DNA of 64,000 bases from Hormiphora californensis (Eukaryota; Animalia; Ctenophora). The notes beneath the pieces were generated by a model. It did not search any database, was not told where the DNA came from, and was given only the letters and a program-made list of their open reading frames with translations. Positions 1-13,384 of the stretch are shown piece after piece (position 1 is the first letter of the stretch; each line of letters begins with the position of its first letter). The DNA is taken from NCBI GenBank assembly GCA_020137815.1, contig CM035358.1, positions 2,108,001 to 2,172,000 on the forward strand, written 5' to 3'. Made by a program: the position numbers and the translations under genes.

Positions 1-843
1 TTTCACTCCCATCATCACATGCATACAGAAACAGTTGATGAAAGTAAGTATATAAAATTGAAGTACCGTAAGTTTGTTTTCAAAAAAAAACAAGAGGTCA
101 TCAATTATTTAAACCCTTGTACCACACAAACATACACAAGATCAATTTAATCAATTTCTCTTTAATTCAAATCTTCCCACACTTATATTCATTTCCATTG
201 ATCCCTGTTTTTCTCTTTTTCTCTCTGTTGGCTGTGTTTGTCTGTATGTTGTCTTTGTGTGCTGAGATTTCCCACCAACAACACCTGTTAAATTATTGTC
301 GTTACATGTGTCAATATATCTCATATAATTATCTATCTTGAAAAAGGTAAAGCATATAAAACATCACTCTTTGATTTTAAAACAAATCTTTCTCTTTTCC
401 TTTTCGCCCCCTTTTTCGACACATTTAAATGTTATTGTGACAGTGCTCCCAAATTTTTGAAACGGCAGGCGCCCTATGTGCAGAGATACACCTTTGATTG
501 GTCGCTCTCTTGACACACACATATCACCCGTTGTTTTGCATCTAACCTTTCCCTCTTGACCTCTATATCCTTCTCTTAACCGATATCCCGTGTTGTGTCC
601 AATTGATTATATATAGGACCTTTTTTATCTTCAAAAAATAACAAGCATGAATGCTGCTAATGATTGAATTGATGTTTTGTTTACCGACGGACAACTAATC
701 TCTCCTAATATTGATGATGGTATATATTGACAACTGACTACAACAACTTACTACACTGAACAAACTGACCTGACTGCTGACAACATTACCCTTCTTGAAA
801 GATACAAATACAGTGTACCAGATTTCCCTTCCCCTTCCCACAG

Positions 844-1224
844 GAACACCCGAGATGCTCAGTGATGTCGTTGTCACACCGGAGGCCTACAACTCCACTA
901 CCGTTGAGGTGTCCTGGAGTCTGGGTACTAATACCGATAAGGGTATTGCGGTTGAGAGTGTGGTTGTGGTGGTCAATGGGAATGAGGTGGAGGTGGTGGA
1001 TGGCGAGGATCTGAGCGTGTCAATTGATTTGGATGGTGCTGATGGTGATTATGAGATCCAGGTGTATGGAAAGAACGCTTTCTCCGAGGAGGGAAATGAG
1101 ATGAGGTCGGTTGTATCGCACAATGTTAAGAAGACCACAGAAGCACCAACTATCCCACCCAAAGTTCCCACTGAAAAACCGGTGGTCGAAGATAAAGTTG
1201 ATGATTCCGGTCCTGATAGTAGTT
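844..1224 (+). CDS. Internal exon encoding a fibronectin type III-like domain plus a Pro/Thr-rich stalk (cell-surface protein; the rest of the gene is unresolved)
   Basis: Acceptor cccacag|GA at 843/844 and donor T|gtaagt at 1224/1225 give a symmetric phase 1-1 exon of 381 nt. The peptide has an FN3 pattern (P...V.V....STTVEVSW ... GDYEIQVYGKN) followed by TTEAPTIPPKVPTEKP. Confidence 0.65.
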
Positions 1225-2083
1225 GTAAGTATATATCTCTATCTCTCTCCCCCAGCATCCCTCCCCAATCTTTGTATGTGTATGTGAACATCTCTCTCTG
1301 CTACTGCATATACTATCCGTAATGTAGCAGCGCTATATATAGCAACCTATACCCCCATAAAACCGTATCACATGTCCCGCTCACATCTCATACGATCTGT
1401 GAATCTTTCTTCGTGGTGTAGCAGTAACTTGCAGCAACCCCCCCATATCTTTTAGTTTCTCTTTCGTCTGAAATTTGAGGAGCACTGTCTTGCACGCTTT
1501 CTTCCCCCTTTAATAATTATACTTTCTCTTTTCTATCTTTATTTGTTCTAAACAACGCACCCGTTCTTCCTATATCTATCTTTTTGATTTCTTTGTTATA
1601 GCCCATCGTCGCCGCTGAGATTTATGCTCCCTTTCTCTCGCTGATCTGCTTACTGCTACAGACCACATTACATTGGACTTCACCCCATATTTGGACATCA
1701 CGTGACTCACTTCAACACTCATTTTGATGTCTCTAGATCAAGATTGTCTTGAATGTCTCCTAACACTACAAATATTTTCTGTTACCTCCAGGCTTATTCA
1801 TCTTTTCAAAAGTGTGACCCTTTGCTTGCGTCACCAAGGTAGCACAGTGATAAGAATTACCTTGTGAAGTAGCATGTGAGAGTTGTTAAAGTTCTAAGAA
1901 TTATTAAATGTGTAATACGATACATTTCTAATAATCTCCCTTATTTCTTATGATAAGAGGTGCGGAGAGATGAGTGTGGGTAATGCATTATTAATGTTAA
2001 AGGGGAAGTTTCACTTCTTTTTGGTAAAACATGTTGAATCTGGATAATATATGATCGAGAGCGAGAGAGAGAGAGAGAGAGAG

Positions 2084-2730
2084 ATACTTACTTTACTTTT
2101 TTTGATACTTTTGAGTTGTTCGTCATGCTACGTCAGGTCATCCCAGGAACTCGGACCACCGTTTATTGAAGCTGGCTCCAACACACCAGTCAGACAAAGA
2201 GTTTCTGTTTGGTGCTTGATATCCAGGTGTAGGGGGACGGTCTGGGATATCACGGAGAAGGAGGTCCAGCTTATTTTTAAATAAATCAGGGTCCTCGATC
2301 TCCCTCAGATCATCCGGGAGACAGTTCCACAGTCTAGGACCAATGGAACCGAAGGAAGAGCTATACAGTGTGACAGTTCTTTTGCTCTTCACCCGTGACA
2401 GGTCAGGTATCTCTGCTTTGACACCGTGGCGGGAGGTACGGTTGAAGCTAATATCGGTTTCATTCGGTATCAGCCCACGGTATGTCTTGTGCATGATTAG
2501 CACTGCATACCTATCCCGCCGTCTTTGCAAAGACATCAAGTCGAGGGCTTTTAGGCGCTGCCAGTAGTCAAGGTCCTTCATACCGGAGATCTTCGCTGTG
2601 AAGCCCCGCTGAACAGACTCGAGCAGTTGGATGTCACCGACAGTTTGCGGGCTCCACAATGGAGAGCAGTACTCCATCAAGCTTCTGACCAGGGTTTTAT
2701 AAACAGCGATCATCAGCTCAGGGTCCCGAC

Positions 2731-2731
<1 letters not shown>
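2084..2731 (-). mobile_element. 5'-truncated non-LTR retrotransposon (CR1/L2-group LINE) 3' fragment
   Basis: ORF 2138..2809 encodes the typical LINE ORF2 C-terminus (YKTLVRSLMEYCSPLWSP...LESVQR...RLKALDLMSLQRRR...RLWNCLP). Short A/AAGT-rich tail. (GA)n lies on both sides. Confidence 0.9.
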
Positions 2732-2775
<44 letters not shown>

Positions 2776-3498
2776 TCTCTTTATATCTTTGGCAGTGAAA
2801 ATATTGCATTTTCCTCTGGGATATGATATGTGTGAAGGGAGATGTAAGATAAACAGAGAGTTAGCAGTGAAAATCATATATCCATAAATTTAATCAGACC
2901 TTACACTGACAAAAGAGTGAGAGGGAAAGGGAGAGAGAGGATGTATATTAGAAATAGAGAGATAGAGGGTTTGTGAGAGGAGGGAGATAGAAATATAGAG
3001 AGGGGGAGGCTTGTGAGGATCTTGGATAACATGATGATGATGATCTCAAGTGTCTTAATACGTTTAGTAGTGATCTCATAGAAGCTGACAATGGTATGTC
3101 AGATTCTCATATATAAATCATCCCATTCTCATGTATAAATCATCCTGGAGTTTAGTTTCACTTTCACTTTTCTCAGACCTGAGAGTGACTTGTTAGCTCG
3201 AATTATATGGCCACTCTTAGAAAGTGAGATCATACATGCCTTACCAGTGAGACAATCCAAATGGCCTTACTTTCACTTTCATTTTCCTACTTTCTCTTTC
3301 ATATAACCCTTTCCAAAATGGAATAAATAGTTCAAAATACACGGGCAATTAACGATCGTTTTGAAAGATGGGTACTTCAGATCTTTACAACTAGAAGATC
3401 ACGGTGTAGCATTTTATCGAAAACTTTCAATAGTGGAATCGTTCTTCCCAATATGGTCAAATGAAGGGACATACCTGTCAAAATACGCTCTGATATGA

Positions 3499-3516
3499 AG
3501 AGAGAGAGAGAGAGAG

Positions 3517-3604
<88 letters not shown>
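3499..3604. repeat. (GA)n microsatellite, representative of many tracts (e.g. 4440-4522, 5661-5740, 11045-11108, 12150-12530 degenerate, 15915-16830, 17678-17828, 23845-23910, 49787-49900, 54740-54921)
   Basis: Directly visible dinucleotide runs. Confidence 0.98.
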
Positions 3605-3608
<4 letters not shown>

Positions 3609-3723
3609 AGTTTGTAGGCAATATAATAGCACTCTGACAGAATTCTCTTCCCAATAAATCTTTGCACCGCATCTGTCACTAAATGCTTGAAGAAAATTTG
3701 CCCCTCTGCCCTCATTACGTACT

Positions 3724-3835
3724 GGGGGTCCAGGCCGAAAATCGAAATATTCGAACAGTATCCTAATTTTGAGGGTTCGCCTCGACTTATATGTTCGGGC
3801 TGGAGAGTCTCCAGCGGTCCAGCCGCTGGACCCCC
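3724..3835. mobile_element. Small MITE-like element with GGGGGTCCAG terminal inverted repeats; related short copy at about 18570-18625
   Basis: gggggtccag...ctggaccccc is a 10-bp TIR. Similar ends recur at 18570/18625. Confidence 0.4.
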
Positions 3836-4437
3836 AAGAAAGGAGAAAAAGGGGGCTCTCGCCGAGTGTACTGATGGAAGGAGAAATAATGAGAGAGGGA
3901 GGTGGTTTGGTCTAATTGTGGTACATTGTAGAAGAGGTAGAGTGATCATGAGTTGTTCCCGCTCTGAATGAACACAAAGGGTCACAGTATTATACCATAT
4001 ATGGCATAATTGGATTAATCGATATATTCATTGCTGTACTGCAAGTACACTGAGAGCTTCCTGAGTGTCTAGTAATTATATCGGAGTTTTCTGCCCTTTT
4101 ATAGAAGGCCAAGTTAGTCTATAGAAAGCCGAGAAGGTAATGCTGGAGAAGTCTCACGGATCGTATTGTTCGATCGATTACCTGTCCGGAGAGCGAATGG
4201 TATATTTCCAAATATAGCGGATGTTGTGAGCTAGAGATGTTAGACTGGGTACCAGACACGGTTTGTGTAATGCCAGAGCGAGATTTGTAAATAGAGGGAA
4301 GGGGAGAGAGAGAGAGATAGAAATATAGGGAAGGGGGAGAGAGAGAAAGAATAATAGAAAGGTATGGTAAGACAGCTTGGGTGGTAATACTGTGAATTGA
4401 CCGCTGACAGGAGAGTTGCTGTCTTATTCTGGGTGGG

Positions 4438-4526
<89 letters not shown>

Positions 4527-5685
4527 TCCGCCCTGTTTCACATACATAGTACTGTGTGCATGCGTTGAGAGACATACTATGACAGTACCTAATTGTAAAT
4601 AGAAAGGAGAAGAAAAGTGGTGGGATAGAGGGCATTATATCAAGAACTGATAGAATTGAAGATTCTTAGAAATCCTTTCTGACAACCATGAACATAAAAC
4701 ATTAATTCACGGAGGAGAGAAAGAGAGTGAGAGAGTGCCGCCTTTTTAACATATTATAATGCATGATTCCCTTGAAATGTGTTACACGCTCAGATCATTC
4801 TGCAAGAGGGTTCATGTCGAGAATGGTCGAGAGAGAGAGAGGGAGTTGAGAAGTTTGCACGTTGAAAAATCCTCTGATATGTGTGTAAGGTGTGGACTGA
4901 GAAAGATGGAGAGATGGAAGAGAGAGAGAGAGAGAGAGAAAGAGAAGAGGTTGAGAGAGGGACGTGTAAACGCACTGTTCATTACATGAATTGCATGCAA
5001 AATGAGTTGCCTAGAAAGATCTGACACGTAAAGAAGAAAAAACAGGCTGACTTTTTTTCTCTTTCTTCCTTTTCTCCCTCTCATTTTTCTCACCTTTGAA
5101 AAAAAACGCTCTTTCAGTTCCTCCTAACAATAAAGTCACATTTCCCCGAACATATCACCACCCCCCCCCCCCCTTTTCGATTGCCTCTGCTACTCAAAGT
5201 TAAGTAACGTTAGTGGTGCACCATGGTGGGTCACAGCGTTGAGGTAATATATGTGACAGAGAATAATATATTGGCTGTAGATGTTCTGTAAAGATTCCCC
5301 TGAGTAGAAAATGGGAGAATTGGTGATGGAGCAATGGTAGAGAAAGGGAGAATCGGATGATGATCATAGTAAAATTACAGACAGTCCCTGTGGTTGGAAG
5401 ATTTCCTCTTCCGACTTTTTAGTCAAGAAGTCTAGCGAGGTATGAGATACTTTTCACTTGAGTAAAATCCTTCCCTTGGCCCTCATTTTTAGATAAATAA
5501 AAGTTCGAAGAGGTCGGTGAAGAAACTGCTGGGATTTTGTTTTTTGGGAGTCTGGGGAGAGTAGAGATGTGCATAACAAGAGTCCAATGTGCAGTACAAG
5601 TCGTCGTAATTCAATCAGGCACCCTCTGTCAGCACTCCAAGTATCCCTTTTTCTAAACTTCTCTCTCTCTCTCTCTCTCGCTCTC

Positions 5686-5740
<55 letters not shown>

Positions 5741-5747
<7 letters not shown>

Positions 5748-8700
5748 CCCCTTTCTTTTTTTCTTTCCCCTTTTTTCCTTTTTTCTTTCTTGCAAATTCC
5801 ACCAATTATTTAGCCCCCAATCCCACCCAAATTTCTCCCCGGCCTCCTACTTTGGGTTGTTTTGCATTAACTATGGTTAACAAACAGGGTGTAAAACAAT
5901 TCAGGGTTTTTTTTACGCTCCCATAAGACTGAGATCCCCTCTGACCCTGATTCAATAGCTAGTTTATAATCTCGGGGTTTGTGGATGATGAAACGGGTTA
6001 GGCTGTATTTTTGTATTTTTTTGTTTGATTTTAAACGGCACCCATTTAGACAGTAGAACAGATTGTCACACCTTTAGCAGAAGCACCCGTTATACGATGA
6101 TTCGAGACAGTATCAGCGGAGGGTCGAGACGGTCGCACTAGTTTCTCCAATCTTACGGTACGGTAGCCCCCTGATGAGGTCTGATTGAATCACTAGCAGC
6201 TGCGTGTTCCAGCTTAGAGCGGGATCTCATGTTTTTTTACACCCCCGGACGATTTTTCAGGCGATTTCACCGGAAGGGAAGGTTGAGAAACATTTGGTAG
6301 TATTGTAAGGATGGTAGCAGCCATCCCCCCCCGATTACTCTCAGATTTACCAATTACAATGTTTAAAGACGCAGTACTGCGTGGGTTGGCGGAAAAGTGG
6401 GAAATAGAAATTCCGGTGGGTGGGCGAGCGGGGTGGAGGTAATGTGGCTGTTAGAGTTCACAATAATTCTGTCCTTACTACTTATGATCTGCGCCAAGAG
6501 AATTAGTCTTTACTGCCTTGAACAAGGTCGCCCCCCAAATAAGATACAACATTACAGATCACCTAGCCTCGGGCTTTGTTATTAAGAACCCGTAATGTTA
6601 ATGGACGCATATAAAAGAAGGTAGACTAGCAAGGTTCTTCAATATTGATGACTTCATACAACAAGTTGATTTACAAATATCTCTGAGTTTAGAATGTTTA
6701 ATTAGTTTGTGTTTATCTATCCAGGTTCCTAGTTCCCCTTCCCCCCCCCATTTAGTACCTCTTCCCCACTACTGGTATATTACCCTTATCATCTTCTATC
6801 TAGTTTCAAATGATGATACAACCAAAAGTATGTATATTAGTATTACATCTCCCTCGAGGAATGGTGGAGATTGTGGGAAAAATATTTGTCTCACAAACAC
6901 TGTGTATTGTTATATTGTTTACAAGGTTAAGCATGGTAAAGTCTTAACTTCTCAATTGACCTATGCTCAGTAATCACAAGCAACACGACTTGGGTATGCC
7001 CTAGCTGCAGTGCCTCATATTCCATTTTTCAGTGCATTGTGTGATACACAGGCGCCCGTTTCCGGAGAAATGTGGTTAGTTGCAAGTATTTTATTAGAAA
7101 GTCAGTAGAACGATCAGCTCGCTTATTTGACTGCTTGCAAGCTCACAATCCATTTGTTCCTCTAATAACATGTGCTACCATGTCAACCTCCAACAGAACC
7201 AACTATGTCACACTGAAGTCCTACCAGTTCAACCCCTATACTTTTGGACAATACAACTGTAGTGCTGATCCTGACATCCAATCGTCGTTTCATATACCTG
7301 GGACAAATGCAATGATGTGTCTAATCTTGTTCCAACCGATTGTCAATAAGATCCGGTATTTTGTCAACATTGATGGGTTTTAAATCTACTTTGATGATTG
7401 TCACCAGATGCTGGTTATATTTTATCCTCCCCCCGATAGAACAGTCAATCCCATGTTACACTTCTGTGGACTAACAATTCCACAGGACGAGAAACACTAA
7501 CATGTATCGCACATGTCGGGTTACACAGGTTTATTCACGTAACACCACCGGGGAAGATAAAGGGATGATGGGCATTTCATCTATCTTAAAGATGATGTAG
7601 ACTTCAGTCCTATCATCCGTTCATTACTAACAATAGATCTTCCAGAGTACGGTGGGTACCGTGAAAACTCTCTAATGGTCAAGTTTTGAATTTGATATGT
7701 TTGTACCGTTACCACTTAGGAACGGATTGGGAAACTTGGTTTACTGAGATCGAGACTGCTTAAAAAAGTCATGCACAACTAAAGTTATTTTAACAGGCGA
7801 CTTTAATCTTAACCTGTTTAAACTGGATAGTTCGTCCATGTTCGCCGTATTTTGACCTGTTAATGTTTGGTCTTTACCATGATTAGTAGAGCTACTATAC
7901 CCTCAAGAATGGCATTAACACTGATAGATCAGACCTGGACTAATATTGTGTCTCAGGGTTGTAGCTCTCCACTTATCACTACACTCAGTGTTTCTTCCCA
8001 TATCCCCACTATGTGTATTTTTCCGGATCCTTACTGATAATGAATCTGGTCCTATAAACATTTCAACTACCGATTTTATACAAAACTCTCTAACCAATTT
8101 CAGGAATGATTACGACATCTGGGTGTCGCACTCATGTTAACTCACTTGATCAAAGTGACACTTCTGTAGACATAGCTCACTCGTTCTCTACTTACTACAA
8201 TCAACTTTCCTTTTGTACAACAAACATTTTTGTGAAACTCAAAACACTGACCAAATTCAGAATAATAAACTATCCAAACCTTGGGTATCTCCCTCTTTAG
8301 CTCGTTCTATTCATATCAAATCTGTTTTGTATAAAAAGTGGGTTGCTTCACGTGGCTCTTCTCGCGAGAATCTTTGGCTGCGAGTGATTACCGTACATAT
8401 CGGGCCATTCTCAGAGGGCTTCTGGTTAAATCTCGCGATGACTACTTACCAGCAAGTTTCTGAAGTGTGACAATGATATTAAGAAATGCTGGTCGGTTAT
8501 TAATAGTATTAGGGGTAAGAACAATAGGGCTATTTATCCAAGCTGTGTCAAGACTGTTTCCGGTATTGTGACAATCCTCGTGCCATTTTAATGAACTGAA
8601 TAAGTACTTTACATCCGTTGCAGTGATCTGAATAAGAGTAAGTTTGGGTCGTCTCGACCTGACCATCACAAATTCAGTCGTTCATGCCCAATCGAGTTGG

Positions 8701-11041
8701 TAGTTCCTTATTTCTCTCTCCAGTCTCCTCCGATGAAATCTTCACTATCATCAAGGGCTTGAAACCCAAGAAGTCAGGTGATTTTTCTTCTTTATGTCTC
8801 AAACATCTAAATTTCCTGTTTTCTGCTGATTTCTCTACCATTATCAATAAGTGTATGGCGGCAGGGGTTTTCCCTGACGAACTAAAGCATGCTTCTGTTC
8901 ATCCTTTGCACAAAGGTGGCGATACCAATACACTATCCAATTACAGACCGATCTCCCTCTTGCCTATTCTAAGTAAAGTTTTCGAAAAATGCTTACACAA
9001 GAGAGTCATTGAGTTTCTAGACGTACATTCTGTAATTTCTAAATCACAATTTGGATTTTTAAAGGGTCGCTCCACCACTCAGGCTTTGCACGAGGGTGTT
9101 GGGAGTGCTGTTGAGAGCCTAGATAATAAGCGCTTTTCTCTGGGTTTATTCCTGGACTTGAGCAAGGCTTTCGACACGCTCCATCATGACATCCTTGTTG
9201 CAAAACTTGAACATTATGGGATTCGCGGGACTGTTTTGCAATTGTTCAAAAGTTTCTTGTCAGGTCGGTCACAGGCTGTCAGAGTTGGTGACAAAATTTC
9301 TGACCCACTTCCTGTTTCTTGCGGGGTGCCTCAGGGTTCCACTCTTGGCCCGTTACTTTTCTTGCTGTACATCAATGACATAGTGAATTTGCCTTGTGGC
9401 TCAGATTCCTGTTCCACCCGTTTTATCTTATTTGCTGATGATACAAGCATCTTTGTTTCGGGTAGGAGTGCCCCTGAGGTACAGCTGGTTATTGATAAAC
9501 TGATGGCTCTTCTCAAGGAATACTTTGATGCTAATTTCTTGCATGTGAACACCTCCAAAACTAAGTTTATGCACTTCTCGTCTCCCCAATCAACTAACTT
9601 CCCTTCTCAGTTCACGTGTTGCTATGATGGTACCATCATTGAACAGGTGAAACAGTTTAAGTTTTTGGGTATTGAAATCTCGGACTCCCTAACATGGGAA
9701 GCCCACATCAGATCAGTTTCCACCAAACTACACCGTAATCTTGGCTCTATTTACAGGTTACGCAAATCTTTACCTAAACAACTTAAGATTCCGGTTTATT
9801 ACGCCTTGTTTCAATCCCATATCAATTACAGTATTAGTGTTTGGGGAAGTGGGGGTTGCATGAATAAACTATTACCTATTTTCAGAGCACAAAAAAACGC
9901 TTTGAGATGTTTGTTCTCTTTAACAAAAGTACCTGGTTCCTTTGGTAAACCGGGAACGAAGTTAACTTTTAACAATCTTGATATTCTCACAGTTCATCAT
10001 CTTTATCACATGGCTGTACTGTCCAAAGTACATCAATCAAAACTCAATGATGACAATTCTATTGTTTTCTCTAGTCGTAAACCTAATTTGGCAATTATTC
10101 CAAGGGGCATTCACAGATATTTGGATATTAACTTTACTTTTGAAGGCCCTAGAATTTGGAACCTGTATTCGCCTGACAATATCTTTGTTAGCACTCACAC
10201 TTTCAAATCACAGGTTAAAACCAGGTTGCTACAGGTACAAGGTTCAGGTGATCCCGTTCATTGGGATGATTGTAACACAACCCTACAGAACCCATTCACT
10301 AAAAGATGATACCTTCCGCTTGAAACAGATTAACATTCTACGGAATCACTCTTACGAGAGTAAACATACTCGACAATTATTTAAGATGAACCTTGCTCAA
10401 GATATTATTAACTTTTCAAAGACATATATACTTGAATTCCAGTGACATGTACTTGTTTCCAGTGACCACGGTCTCTTTCCAGTTTTCTGGACTGTTTTCT
10501 CCATACAATTTCTCGTCTTCTTTCAATTTTTAGCTTTTGAGGCTGAGTGTATGGTTTGTAAGTCCATTTTGAGGCTGAGTGTATGGTTCGTAAGTCCATT
10601 TTCCATACAAAATGTTTCATCCAATTTTCGTTGGTTCTTCCTATCTGTCTACCTTCGTTTTCTATATGGTTAACATTGCTTTCTGTTATCTCTTTACCAT
10701 GATTTTATTATAGTTTATAACGTAACACCTAACCGTAACACCTAACACGTAACACGTAACACCTAACCCGTAACATACCCTCTTCTAGATATATTTTCAG
10801 CAATTTCAGATTTCCCTTCCAATCCTCCACTTCATTCCTAGGGAACCTCCTCCTGCTATATCGGAACACCACCCGCCCTACAAGCTTGTGGGACACTAAT
10901 ATTGTTTGCGTGTTTACTTTTCTGTGTGTTGTGTGTCCCTCGCATGGGGCTGGACTATCGAACACTATATGTTTTATTTGTGTGTGATACTTTACTTGTT
11001 CGATGAGTCCTAATTTATATTTCAACCAACCACCAACCAAC

Positions 11042-11045
<4 letters not shown>
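5741..11045 (+). mobile_element. Near full-length LINE (CR1-group, APE-RT type) with eroded 5' half and (CCAA)n-like tail
   Basis: Frameshifted APE remnants (F.NIDG near 7360, ILTGDFNLNL near 7790), KPWVSPSL linker near 8278, intact RT ORF, about 700-nt 3' UTR, tail caaccaaccaccaaccaaccaa joined to (TC)n. The 5' boundary is approximate. Confidence 0.8.
8684..10309 (+). CDS. LINE reverse transcriptase domain and C-terminal region (541 aa open)
   Basis: RT motifs NYRPISLLPILSKVFEK, QFGF, FLDLSKAFD, GVPQGSTLGPLLFLLYIND, LFADDT, FKFLGI. Confidence 0.95.
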   Translation: MPNRVGSSLFLSPVSSDEIFTIIKGLKPKKSGDFSSLCLKHLNFLFSADFSTIINKCMAAGVFPDELKHASVHPLHKGGDTNTLSNYRPISLLPILSKVFEKCLHKRVIEFLDVHSVISKSQFGFLKGRSTTQALHEGVGSAVESLDNKRFSLGLFLDLSKAFDTLHHDILVAKLEHYGIRGTVLQLFKSFLSGRSQAVRVGDKISDPLPVSCGVPQGSTLGPLLFLLYINDIVNLPCGSDSCSTRFILFADDTSIFVSGRSAPEVQLVIDKLMALLKEYFDANFLHVNTSKTKFMHFSSPQSTNFPSQFTCCYDGTIIEQVKQFKFLGIEISDSLTWEAHIRSVSTKLHRNLGSIYRLRKSLPKQLKIPVYYALFQSHINYSISVWGSGGCMNKLLPIFRAQKNALRCLFSLTKVPGSFGKPGTKLTFNNLDILTVHHLYHMAVLSKVHQSKLNDDNSIVFSSRKPNLAIIPRGIHRYLDINFTFEGPRIWNLYSPDNIFVSTHTFKSQVKTRLLQVQGSGDPVHWDDCNTTLQNPFTKR

Positions 11046-11110
<65 letters not shown>

Positions 11111-11681
11111 CTCTCTATCCATATACCTCTCTCCCTTTGTCGCTGCTTGTTTACTCAGTCTAGTTTACACAGTCTGAACAAGGGAGAGCGATGGAGAAAG
11201 AGGGAGAGAGAAATGTCCACGGATGTTTGCATTGCGTATCCTAACCCTCTCCTTTACTCTATTCTATTCTCAATCCCCTCTATTCTTAAACTTTCCTACT
11301 CCCTATTTTCACCTTTCTCCTCTCCCTATTCTTCCCTTCGACTCCCTATTTTCTCCATTCAACCCCTTCTGCTACCCCCACCTCTCTGCTCTTCAAAGTA
11401 AAGAGTTGGAATTGCAGCTTTGTTACAGCTCTCCGGCCTCCAATCTCTTTTCCACTCTTTGTCTCTCGTCTTTAATTCACCTCTTACCCTAGCTATCTAC
11501 ATATATATTACTCTCCCCCTTTGTCTCTTCGCCTTTCCTCTAATCCAGGCTCCTCAGTCCTCACTCATATGGGATAACCAGCAAGACTCACACACATGAT
11601 GATCACTTTCACTTTCATTATGGACAACAGAAAACATGTACGTGGTGTAGGCTACACAATCTAAAAGTCCAGCTGACTCTA

Positions 11682-11719
<38 letters not shown>

Positions 11720-12445
11720 TCTCTCTCTCTCTCCTCTATCTCCGTCGCGCTCTCTCTCTCTCTCACCCTATCTTTGCATCATCTCTCCCTATAAACGGTG
11801 ACTGTAAAATATCAAGTCGGTGGTTTCTAAACCCACGTGTCCCTGGACACACACAGGGTGTGGACGAACACTTTTGCGTGGTTGGGACTCACTGTCACAA
11901 AGAGATCTCTCGACGCCGGCAGAGAGCTAGCGAGAGAGCGCGATCGAGCGATTCTTGCTTCTCTCTCTCTCTATCTTCACTCACCTAAATCTCTCTCCCG
12001 CTCTCCACAGTCGTTTCTTACTGATTCTTTGCTAATAGACCTCTCTAAAATGCAAACAGTCACATGGTACACCACGCGATTGCATTGAAATCTGCGTATG
12101 AGCTTTTCGAGAGAAGGATAGAAACAGAAAGAGAGGAGATTGTAGACGCGGCTACGAGGAGGACGCGAGGGAGAGGAACGTGAGACGGAGAGGAGAGGTG
12201 AGAGAGAGAATGAGGAAGAAAGAGAGATGACGGAGAGAGAAGAGGAGGAGAGAGAACGAAAGATGAGAGAACGAGATGAGAAAGGAGAGAGAGGCGAGGA
12301 CGCTAGAAGAGAGGAGAGGAGAGCGAGAGAGGAGATATGAGAAAAGAGAGAGACGAGGAGAGAGAGGGAGAGAGAGGAGAGAGATGAGAGAGAGATGAGA
12401 GGAGAGGAGAGAGTCGGCGAGAGAAGAGAGAGAGAGATAGAGAGA

Positions 12446-12478
<33 letters not shown>

Positions 12479-13384
12479 AGCGAGAGGAGAGAGAGATGAG
12501 AGAGAGAGAGGAAGAGAGAGAGTCGAGATAGAACAATGGATCCACGTGCTTTGATTCATTACTATCCCCGTCTTGTGTGTATGAAGCGTGTGTAGGAATC
12601 CTTTACGGTATAAATGCTGCTCCTAAGGAGGAGGGATCACATCAAATTGCCAGACAATGGGCAAGACTGGACGGGGCCATGTAAAATGCTGTGCAGCTGC
12701 TTTGGACGCATAACTTGATAACTCTCCCCGCCGGCCTAGTACTCTCTCTCTCTCTCTCTCGACCTCTCTTTCTCTCCCTCCCTTCTCCCTCTCATAGCAT
12801 AGAACACAAATTCCTTGAAAAGTATGATAAAAGAACCAAGATATATACGGAGAGAAAGGAGATGCGTTGAAGACAAAAGACTCCTGCGAGTTTTCTAAAA
12901 ATGCTAATGCAACGCTCATCAGGGAGACTGGTACTGAAACTTTTGAAATACTATAACATCTTAGCAAGGCATAAAATGACTATTAGATCATTAGTCTTAG
13001 GATGTGTCTCAACTTTTTACTTGTCTCCCTCCCCCAGAGGGAGGGGTGTGTGTTGTGAGTGTATGTGTGTGTGGGGTTGCACCTACTCCAATTATCGCGG
13101 CCCTTAGGCTGTCCACCAATCAGCAGCCTTTCTCCCGGTCACGTGACAAGTTTTAACCAATCAGATGCAGCGAGAGGTGTCTTGTGAAGGTTTAGTTAGA
13201 CCAAGCAGGGATGTACAGTTCGTAGTGTCATCGGCCTGATGGAGAGGGAGAGAGGGATAGAGAGATAGAGAGATGAGAGAGAGGGAGTGAATCCGGTTGT
13301 CAGTAAAAATGTAGGCAGAGGGAATGCTCGTTCTACATGAACTTCTCACTAATATCACTCCTGGCTCTATCTTCTACTATCTTA

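Noticed and set aside
3170-13200. Possible upstream exons of the Ig gene (e.g. 5381-5439, 11549-11637, 12011-12066)
   Set aside because: AG/GT-bounded open segments exist, but I could not build a phase-consistent chain with recognisable homology.
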